In this document: piece after piece, positions 1-5,873 of the stretch
Position numbering within the stretch: position 1 is the stretch's first letter
Layout: each line of letters starts with the position of its first letter
Source: Schaalia odontolytica
GTDB taxonomy: Bacteria; Actinomycetota; Actinomycetes; Actinomycetales; Actinomycetaceae
Direction of reading: 5' to 3'
NCBI RefSeq assembly: GCF_005696695.1
Contig: NZ_CP040006.1
Location: forward strand, 1,980,001 to 2,012,000
DNA: 32,000 bases
The notes under the pieces: generated by a model
Told to the model about the DNA's origin: nothing
Databases searched by the model: none
Seen by the model: only the letters and a program-made list of their open reading frames with translations
Program-made: the position numbers and the translations under genes

Positions 1-91
1 GGTGAGCGCACGGACTAGCGGACTCACGTGCGAACAACACGCCATGCCTGGTGCCGCTGCGCCCGGTCCGCCCCGAACGTAAGGTGGTCCG

Positions 92-271
92 ATGGATGAC
101 GCAAACAGCCCCGCCGCCCCCGAGCGCGTTCTCTACGCGCACCTGCCCGAGGGGCCCGGCCGGGACAAGGACCTGCCCGACCCCTGGTACGGGGACTACG
201 GGGACTTCGTGGACACCCTGGCCGTTATCGAGCGCTCCACACCTGCGCTGGTCGACTACGTGCGCCCCTAG
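92..271 (+). CDS. Small hypothetical protein, 59 aa (MDDANSPAAPERVLYAHLPEGPGRDKDLPDPWYGDYGDFVDTLAVIERSTPALVDYVRP). It is one residue below the cutoff of the supplied ORF track.
   Basis: Hand translation gives ATG at 92-94 and TAG at 269-271. An in-frame TAA at 80-82 closes the frame upstream, and AAGGTGG lies at 81-87. Third codon positions are almost all G/C, as in the confident genes of this window. No family recognised. Confidence 0.45.
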   Translation: MDDANSPAAPERVLYAHLPEGPGRDKDLPDPWYGDYGDFVDTLAVIERSTPALVDYVRP

Positions 272-460
272 GGCGTATCACGTGTGCGGGTGCGGTGGGA
301 TCTTTCGGGTATTGTGCCCCCGGCAAGGCCCACTTCCGGCGGGGGTGCCCGCGCCAGGCCTCGCGCCCGCCATGCCGCGGCCTCGGCTCCCGACGACCCG
401 ACCAGGTGGCCGGTCGGCGAGGTGACCCGACCCGGCGGGCTGTTTTGCAAGCGTTGTTCC

Positions 461-513
461 GCATTGGGGTAGGAAACAGGTCATTCGGGCAGGTTAGTAA
501 CCTACCCCAATGC
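461..513. repeat. Perfect 13-bp inverted repeat GCATTGGGGTAGG (461-473) / CCTACCCCAATGC (501-513) with a 27-nt spacer. The spacer and right arm contain a second 13-bp palindrome, AGGTTAGTAACCT (491-503).
   Basis: Read directly and checked by reverse-complementing both arms. It lies in a non-coding stretch. Confidence 0.85.
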
Positions 514-628
514 TTGGTTTCCTGCCCCAGTGTCGTCCGCTGGGCACTGGAGGGCGCGGCTGTGGTGCGGCGGCACGGCTGCGCCTGGCCCAAGGGCGCC
601 TGGGTCCGGGTGCGCGCCCGCGTCTGCG

Positions 629-836
629 CCACTTGGGCATTGCCCGCACCACTTAGGCCCCCGACACGCCGGGAGAACCAGGGCCCATTTGGGCCTAAGT
701 GGCGCAGTGGAGCCCTAAGTGGTGTAGCGGTGCGCTAAGTGGTGCAACGGCGGGCTAAGTGGTGAAGCGGCGCACGAAGCCGCGCAACCGCGAGCGAATC
801 CCGCAGCACAGCGTACGAAGCCGCCCAAAGCATCGA
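629..836. repeat. Phased array of roughly 20-bp units. Four direct units start with CTAAGTGG at 695, 715, 735 and 755. Degenerate CGAA(G/T)CC-type units follow at 775, 795 and 816. Two inverted copies (CCACTTGG at 629, CCACTTAG at 649) are also 20 bp apart.
   Basis: Positions were counted by hand, and the four CTAAGTGG copies are spaced exactly 20 bp apart. No convincing ORF covers the array; the overlapping ORFs lack a coding-like sequence. Confidence 0.8.
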
Positions 837-1042
837 CAACGAGCCGCACACGCAGCCCCTCCCCACAACCACGCACACAAAAGGACCGGAATCAGACAAC
901 ACGGCCTAGTCGGGCACGCACGTAAGGGGACTGATTTCCGAAACACACTGCGCATACAACGGCTTGATTCCGCCCTTGTACGCGGTCGCATGTTGCGTAA
1001 TTCCGATCCTTGTGTGTGTAAAACGGGGCTGCGCGGCGCCGT

Positions 1043-1921
1043 CTACACTGCGCCCGATTGCCCGTCAGATGATCGTCCCCCGTCCCAGGTGGGCGCGGTT
1101 GAGGGGGAGGGCGCCCCTCCCGGGGTGGGGGCCGAGTCCGGGGCCCCGACGCGCAGGACCACCAGGGGCTCGCCCGTCGGCTGGGCGGACCCGCCCTGGG
1201 GCTCGAAGGTCAAGAAGATCTCACTGCCCGGCTGGGGCATGATGTCCACGAAGGAGTAGTCCCCGCCCCGCCGCTCGTAAACGCCCAAGGATTCGACGGT
1301 GTTTCCGTGGCGCGCCCACACCTGCATCACCTGTCCCTCGGGTGCCCGCAGCGCCGAGGGCGTGGTGATCGCGGTCATCCCCATTTCCGGCGACCAGGTG
1401 AGGGTGACAACGTGCCCGTCGGGCATGGTGTCGGTGGAGCGCCGTACGTCTTGCGCCTGGTTGAGGGCGGCGTAGTGACTGGTGGACTCCATTGAGGTCA
1501 TCGTGGTCCACCGGCCCACGCCGATCCCCGCTATGAAGAGCGCGACCGCCGCAGCCGCCGCGGCGAGGACGCGCGCGAACATGGGGATGGCCCTGCGGTC
1601 GCGCGCGGGGGCCTTCCCATGGGCACCTCCGCGGCTTCCGGATCCGGAGTCCGCCCCGGTCTCGGCCGCCACCCCGGAGCCGGAGCCCGCCTCTGATCCT
1701 GCCCCCGCCGCAGTGGGCGCCACCATGCGGACGAGGCGCGGGCCGGCGCCGGGGCCGTCCTCCGCTGCGGCCTCCTCAGGGGCCCCCGTCCGCCGCTCCT
1801 GCTCGACCTCCTCGATCGCGGCCAGGAGGGCGTCGCGCACGCGCGCCGACGGCTCGACGGGGGCGAGGGAGGCGCCGAGGCGGGCAGCGGTCTCGTCGTC
1901 GTCGAAGATGTGGTCGCTCAT
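1043..1921 (-). CDS. rskA: Anti-sigma-K factor, RskA family (single-pass membrane protein)
   Basis: The real start is MSDHIFDDDETAARLG at 1921; the 414-aa ORF is an upstream over-extension. The ATG overlaps the sigma gene stop as ATGA (1918-1921). It has a central TM segment (FARVLAAAAAAVALFIAGIGVG). The C-terminal region ends in LTFEPQGGSAQPTGEPLVVL, the typical RskA-domain signature (EPxGGSxxPTG). Confidence 0.8.
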   Translation of the reverse strand: MSDHIFDDDETAARLGASLAPVEPSARVRDALLAAIEEVEQERRTGAPEEAAAEDGPGAGPRLVRMVAPTAAGAGSEAGSGSGVAAETGADSGSGSRGGAHGKAPARDRRAIPMFARVLAAAAAAVALFIAGIGVGRWTTMTSMESTSHYAALNQAQDVRRSTDTMPDGHVVTLTWSPEMGMTAITTPSALRAPEGQVMQVWARHGNTVESLGVYERRGGDYSFVDIMPQPGSEIFLTFEPQGGSAQPTGEPLVVLRVGAPDSAPTPGGAPSPSTAPTWDGGRSSDGQSGAV

Positions 1922-2478
1922 CGTTCCTCCAAGATGGTGCGCAGGCGGGCGAGGGCCTGGCGGATCGTGCTTTTCACGGTGCCGAGCGGCAGTCCCGTCG
2001 CGTCGGCGATCCTCGAATGGCTCAGTCCCCCGAAGTACGACAGGAGGATGACGGTCTTGTGCGGCTCCCCCAGGGAGCCGAGCGCGCGGCGGACGTCTCC
2101 GCCCGCGATGCGGGACTCCGCCTCCTCCGCCGTCTGGTCCCAGTCCACGTCCGGGGGCGAGGCGAGTTCGCGGTCGCGCGCCGCCTGGGCCGAGCGCACC
2201 CGGTCGATGGCCCGCCTGCGGGCGATGGTGGTGAGCCAGGCGCGGACGCTGCCGCGGCCGGGGTCGTAGGAGGGGGCGCGCCTCCACACGTGGAGGAACG
2301 TGTCCTGCAGGACCTCTTCTGCTTGGGCGCGGTCCTTGAGGACGCAGCTGATGAGCGCGAAGAGCGTGGGCGCCCAGGCGTCGTAGAGCCTCGCGAACGC
2401 CCGTTTGTCCCCTTCGGCGACCAACTGCAGGTCTTCGCGGCCCAGGTCGCGTTCGGCGGTGTCATTCACGGTGCTCAT
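1918..2478 (-). CDS. sigK: ECF RNA polymerase sigma factor, SigK-like
   Basis: It has sigma-70 region 2 (FARLYDAWAPTLFALI...EEVLQDTFLHVWRRAPSYD...AWLTTIARRRAIDRVR) and region 4 (LLSYFGGLSHSRIADATGLPLGTVKSTIRQALARLR). The start is taken at MSTVNDTAE (ATG at 2476-2478). It is translationally coupled to an RskA-type anti-sigma gene. Confidence 0.85.
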   Translation of the reverse strand: MSTVNDTAERDLGREDLQLVAEGDKRAFARLYDAWAPTLFALISCVLKDRAQAEEVLQDTFLHVWRRAPSYDPGRGSVRAWLTTIARRRAIDRVRSAQAARDRELASPPDVDWDQTAEEAESRIAGGDVRRALGSLGEPHKTVILLSYFGGLSHSRIADATGLPLGTVKSTIRQALARLRTILEER

Positions 2479-2581
2479 GATAGAACGCCGTGGCGCCCGG
2501 TGCCGGTGGACGCCCGGCGCCGGGCGGGGTCTCCGCCGGGGCGGCGCCGCGAAGGCCACCTGTTCCTCCGCGGCCAAGCCG

Positions 2582-4320
2582 TCACCCGAAGGTGAAGGAG
2601 TAGAGCGCCAAACCCTTGCTGGCCGTGACGGTGAGCAGCCCTGAGGAATCGGTGTCCCCGCTCACCAGCGTCATCGAGTTCGGGGTGCCGCTCACATGCT
2701 GGGTGTGGGACTGGCCGTCCATCTCCCAGGTGAGGTCGCCCTCGCCCGAGACCACCAGGTCCACGCGGCGTCCGCGCCACATGAGGCGCAGTTCCGCCTC
2801 GTCGTCGGCGGGGCTGATCGACTGGGCGCCGATGGTCCACCGTCCCTGCAGGGCGAAGCGGTCCGCGCCTAACGAGGCCGGGGCCGCGTAGTCGCGCGTC
2901 CCGGCGGAGTAGGCCTCCGTCCCCGCGAAGCTTGCTGCACGTTCGTGGCCCAAGTAGGTCTCGGGCGTGCGGTGAAAGGCCACTCCTTCGACGCCGTCGT
3001 CGGTGAAGAGCGGGTCGGGCAGCGCGTTGCCCTGGTCGGCCAGGAGCCGGCGGATCAGTGACTCCAGGGTCGCCTCGCCGCCCTCTCCGAAGTGCGTGTA
3101 GCGCAGTTGCCCGTGCGCGTCCGCCAGGTACTGGGCGGGCCAGTAGTGGTTGTCGAAATCCGTCCAGGTCTCCAGGTCGGAGTCGACGGCGATCGGGTAG
3201 GTGATGCCCAGCTTGTCGCCCCCGGATTGGACGTTCGCGGTCTCCTTCTCGAAGGCGTACTCGGGGGAGTGGACGCCGATGACTTGGAGCCCGTAGGGGT
3301 GGTACGCCTCGTAAAGCCTTTCGATCCCGGGAATGGAGCGCTGGCAGTTGATGCACGAGTACGCCCAGAAGTCGACCAGGGTCGCTCCACTGCCCTGGGG
3401 GGCCGCCCCGCCGTCCGTGTTGAGCCACGCGGTGGGTTTCAAGGAGGGGAGCGCGCCGCAGTCCGCCAGGGTCGTCGCGCCGTCGACGCAGGCTGAGCGC
3501 TGGCCTTCGCCCCTGCTCAGACCCGGATCGGCGCTGCGCTGCAGCGCTGACGTGTAGTCGGGCAGCGCCCTTTGGAGAACGGCGGGCAAGTCGGTGACGA
3601 TCCCGGCGGCCAACGCCAGGACGGTGGCGCCTGCGGCGATGCGCACGCGCCGCTGGTGGCGGCTGAACGCGGAGACGCGCTCGGTGAGGCGGCGCCCCGC
3701 TAGGGCGAAGGCCAGGAGGGGGATCGCTGTGCCCGCGGCGAAGGAGAGCGCCAGGGCCACGGTGTCGGCCCCGATGCGGCCGGTGGAGCCGGCGACGATC
3801 ACCGCCGCCAGTACGGGTCCCGCGCAGGGCACGTAGGCGGCGCCGAGGACGATGCCCAGGCCGAAGCCGTTGGTCCCCGTGCGCCTACCGGCCTTGGAGA
3901 ACACGGCGAAGGGCTTCTCCAGGACGTGCATGAACCGTGGGACGATCATGCCCACACCGATGAGGACCAGCAGGACCACCCCGGCCCACCGGATGAAGTC
4001 CTGGGGCAGGTGGAGCGCCGTGAGCAGTGTCGAGCCGAGCAGCGTGAATGCTGTGAAGCTGAGGACCAGTCCCGCGACGACCTGGTAGGGCCGCCATTTC
4101 GAGGGGGCGCGGGGCACTGGCCGTGTCGCACGGTGGTCTTCCTGTGCGCCGGCAGTCCCCCGAGGGAGATGCCGGTGCCCGGAGCAACAGCGAAGGAAAG
4201 GGAGGGGCGCGCCGAAGCGGCGCCACCCGCCATGAAGATGACGGGGAGGACGGGGAGGATGCACGGGGAGATGCCCGTGATGAGGCCACCGAGGAATCCG
4301 ATGAGGACCAGGGTTGTCAT
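2582..4320 (-). pseudogene. dipZ: DipZ-like fusion of a CcdA/DsbD-type thiol-disulfide transporter with a thioredoxin-like domain. The reading frame is broken once near the 5' end, by either a true frameshift or a sequencing error.
   Basis: The N-terminus [33 protein letters not shown] (ATG at 4318-4320, preceded by AAAGGAG) lies in the frame of ORF 3946..4473. The rest lies in the frame of ORF 2582..4840: [13 protein letters not shown]...YVPCAGPVLAAV...LVDFWAYSCINCQRSIP...KGLALYSFTFG. Both parts are collinear with M. tuberculosis DipZ (Rv2874) as I remember it. The switch must fall within about 4090-4230. Confidence 0.8.
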
Positions 4321-4349
4321 GATGCTCCTTTCGTGTGGTGCTACTCCTG

Positions 4350-4376
4350 ATTCGTCGCAGTCGCAGTCGCGGATCA
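4350..4376 (-). promoter_or_regulatory. Candidate ECF-type promoter for dipZ: TGATCC (4376-4371) - 15 nt - ACGAAT (4355-4350)
   Basis: Read on the minus strand. The -10-like hexamer ends 29 nt before the dipZ ATG. A mirror copy faces the opposite way 37 bp away (see feature 4413-4439). Confidence 0.35.
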
Positions 4377-4412
4377 GCAGATGTCGTGTGTTGTATGTCA
4401 CTGATGGCTGGA

Positions 4413-4439
4413 TGATCCGTGGCGCTGTTCGCGCCGAAT
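4413..4439 (+). promoter_or_regulatory. Candidate ECF-type promoter for the repeat lipoprotein gene: TGATCC (4413-4418) - 15 nt - CCGAAT (4434-4439)
   Basis: It has the same hexamers and spacer length as the minus-strand copy. CCGAAT matches my recollection of the mycobacterial SigK -10 element. The ATG is at 4490. Confidence 0.35.
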
Positions 4440-4489
4440 AGGAGGGTGAAGGCGCTAACGGAGCGCCCATCAACAGAAGGAATCACGCA

Positions 4490-4798
4490 ATGAGTATTCG
4501 CCGCGCGGCTCTGGCAGCCGCCCTGTCCGTCGTCTTCGCCGCTGGTTTGGCGGCCTGTGGGAACTCCGCCAACGACAAGATGGAGAACCCGTCGTCGCCG
4601 TCGATGACGCAGGACACGAAGATGGAGAACTCGATGTCGGGCGATGGCATGAAGGGGGGGATGGACGACGGCAAGATGGACGACGGCAAGATGAACGACG
4701 GGAAGATGGACGACGGCAAGATGGACGACGGCAAGATGGACGACGGCAAGATGGACGACGGCAAGATGGACGACGGCAAGATGGACGACGGGAAGTAG
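4490..4798 (+). CDS. Putative lipoprotein, Met/Asp-rich, with nine C-terminal MDDGK pentapeptide repeats
   Basis: The signal peptide has a lipobox (MSIRRAALAAALSVVFAAGLAAC, Cys23). The mature part has 14 Met in 79 residues, no His and no further Cys. It ends in (MDDGK)2-MNDGK-(MDDGK)6 followed by a stop. Confidence 0.75.
   Translation: MSIRRAALAAALSVVFAAGLAACGNSANDKMENPSSPSMTQDTKMENSMSGDGMKGGMDDGKMDDGKMNDGKMDDGKMDDGKMDDGKMDDGKMDDGKMDDGK
4661..4795 (+). repeat. Nine head-to-tail copies of a 15-bp unit, ATGGACGACGG(C/G)AAG (the third copy reads ATGAACGACGGGAAG), inside the lipoprotein CDS
   Basis: Units start at 4661, 4676, 4691, 4706, 4721, 4736, 4751, 4766 and 4781. They are nearly identical at the DNA level. 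Confidence 0.95.
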
Positions 4799-4840
4799 GG
4801 GTAGCAGTAGGCCGCGGCTCGGGGCGTCCCAGAATCCCAA

Positions 4841-4876
4841 GGGCGGCGGGCTGATCCATGTGATGTCCCGCCGCCC
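4841..4876. terminator. GC-rich hairpin between convergent genes: GGGCGGCGGG (4841-4850), 16-nt loop, CCCGCCGCCC (4867-4876)
   Basis: The stem is a perfect 10 bp. There is no U-tract, so terminator function is only inferred from its position between the lipoprotein gene and the sirtuin remnant. Confidence 0.4.
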
Positions 4877-5004
4877 AGGGCCTATCGATGGGCGCTGGCG
4901 GCGCAGTGGGGCGAGCGGGTGCTGTTGCGTGAGTCAGCGCTGTGGGCACCGGGTGCGAAACTGCCTCACGCCGCCACTTACTCTGGCCGCACTGTGGCGC
5001 CTGC

Positions 5005-5580
5005 TCACACGTGCCCCTGGATCTGCGCGAAGACGCGGCCGATGGGCTCGCGGATGATCAGGTCGGCGCGCCCGTCGTAGGGGGTGGGCGTCGCGTTCAT
5101 GAGGACGAGGCGCCCGCCCTGGTAGTAGTCGATGAGCCCGGCCGCCGGGTAGACCGCCAACGACGTGCCGCCCACGATCAGCATGTCCGCCCCCGCTATG
5201 GCCAGGACGGCCCCCTCCAGCGTCGCCGGGTCCAGAGCCTCGCCGTAGAACACGATGTCCGGGCGCACCACGGCGGAGCACGACGGGCAGTGGGGCACGC
5301 GCCCGGCCCGGGCCTCGTCGAAGTCGTCGATGGTGGAGCGCGCGCCGCACCCCGTGCACTCCAGCCTCGTCCAGTTCCCGTGGAGCTCGAGCACGCGCTT
5401 GGAGCCCGCGGCCTGGTGGAGGCCGTCGATGTTTTGGGTGACCACCGCCTTCAGTTTTGTCCTATAATCCCGAAGCTCGCGGCGCAGACGGCTCGCGGGC
5501 GGGCCGCCGCCCACCGGCACACACAGCGGCCCGGCCCCACAACCCGGCCCTGCAGGCGCCCCGAACACCAGCGGCACCAA
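5005..5580 (-). pseudogene. cobB: Sir2-family NAD-dependent protein deacylase lacking its N-terminal NAD-binding part
   Basis: KAVVTQNIDGLHQAAGSKRVLELHGNW, the Zn ribbon CTGCG...CPSC, VRPDIVFYGE and LIVGGTSLAVYPAAGL are all present. No GAGIS/FR-type N-terminal segment (normally about 70-90 aa) exists in this frame. The first 30 residues look non-homologous, and an in-frame stop lies immediately upstream at 5581-5583. Confidence 0.65.
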
Positions 5581-5622
5581 TCAACACAACAACAGGCACC
5601 GCACGAACGCGCCCAGGCATAC

Positions 5623-5652
5623 AAAAAACCGACATCCGCGATCGGATGTCGG
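5623..5652 (-). terminator. Rho-independent terminator downstream of tRNA-Ala
   Basis: On the minus strand the stem is CCGACATCCG / CGGATGTCGG with a 4-nt loop, followed by TTTTTT (A-run 5623-5628 on the plus strand). Confidence 0.65.
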
Positions 5653-5656
5653 CCTG

Positions 5657-5732
5657 TGGTGGAGCTAGGGGGATTCGAACCCCCGACCTTCTCATTGCGA
5701 ACGAGACGCGCTACCAACTGCGCCATAGCCCC
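5657..5732 (-). tRNA. tRNA-Ala (anticodon CGC), 76 nt with encoded CCA
   Basis: Hand-folded cloverleaf: GGGGCTA TG GCGC AGTTGGTA GCGC G TCTCG TTCGCAA TGAGA AGGTC GGGGG TTCGAAT CCCCC TAGCTCC A CCA. The G3:U70 alanine identity pair is present. Confidence 0.93.
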
Positions 5733-5822
5733 AAGGACTCGAACAGCTTAGCACCATCACAATCGGCCATGCAAGCCGACCACCACCCAGTGCGGCATGA
5801 CACGAAGCCCACACATGCGACA

Positions 5823-5850
5823 GCGCCGCGAGCCCGAAGGCCCGCGGCGC
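5823..5850 (-). terminator. GC-rich hairpin after the membrane-protein gene (GCGCCGCG.GCC cgaa GGC.CGCGGCGC)
   Basis: A near-perfect stem lies 24 nt downstream of the stop at 5874. There is no clear U-tract. Confidence 0.4.
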
Positions 5851-5873
5851 GGCATCAGCAGCTGAAAGATCCC

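Noticed and set aside
491-503. AGGTTAGTAACCT as a DtxR/IdeR iron box for the repressor encoded at 19525-20202.
   Set aside because: The half-sites resemble TTAGGTTAG / CTAACCTAA, but the two halves are closer together than in the 19-bp consensus. Only one half aligns at canonical spacing, and no regulated gene lies next to it.
629-775. CTAAGTGG units as DnaA boxes / an origin of replication.
   Set aside because: The reverse complement CCACTTAG does not match the actinobacterial DnaA box TT(G/A)TCCACA. There is no dnaA/dnaN context.
629-836. The phased repeat arrays here and at 11617-11719 as CRISPR arrays.
   Set aside because: The units are contiguous at about 20 bp, with no unique spacers of 25-40 bp, no cas genes and no leader.
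759-1259. The 166-aa plus-strand ORF and other ORFs covering 295-1000.
   Set aside because: They run through the repeat arrays and into the antisense of rskA. Their products are basic and low-complexity with no start context. The region is treated as non-coding.
1043-2287. The 414-aa version of the anti-sigma ORF, and the 219-aa version of the sigma ORF (to 2577).
   Set aside because: The upstream extensions are Arg/Pro-rich read-through of the neighbouring gene in another frame. Internal ATGs at 1921 and 2478 give canonical N-termini and an ATGA coupling.
2582-4840. The 752-aa ORF as a single protein, including its N-terminal (VVHLA)n repeat region.
   Set aside because: The part upstream of about 4320 has no dipZ homology. 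The VVHLA repeats are simply the antisense reading of the 15-bp MDDGK repeat (4661-4795). The genuine N-terminus (MTTLVLIG..., with an RBS) lies in another frame at 4320.
4852-4857. A third TGATCC hexamer in the loop of the 4841-4876 hairpin as another ECF promoter.
   Set aside because: There is no CGAAT-like element 15 nt downstream, and it sits between two convergent gene ends.
4470-4949. Antisense repeat ORFs 4470..4949 (RRPSC repeats) and 4483..4779 (SSILP repeats).
   Set aside because: They are other frames of the same 15-bp tandem repeat. They have no start context, and the plus-strand frame has a signal peptide, a lipobox and an RBS.
5537-5620. MPGRVRAVPVVVLIGAAGVRGACRAGLW (another minus-strand frame, ATG at 5620) as the lost GAG-motif N-terminus of the sirtuin.
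   Set aside because: The VVLxGAG resemblance is tempting. However, this frame has T-rich third positions unlike the real genes here, the match is short and gapped, and it would require both a frameshift and a deletion of about 150 nt. It is kept only as a possibility.
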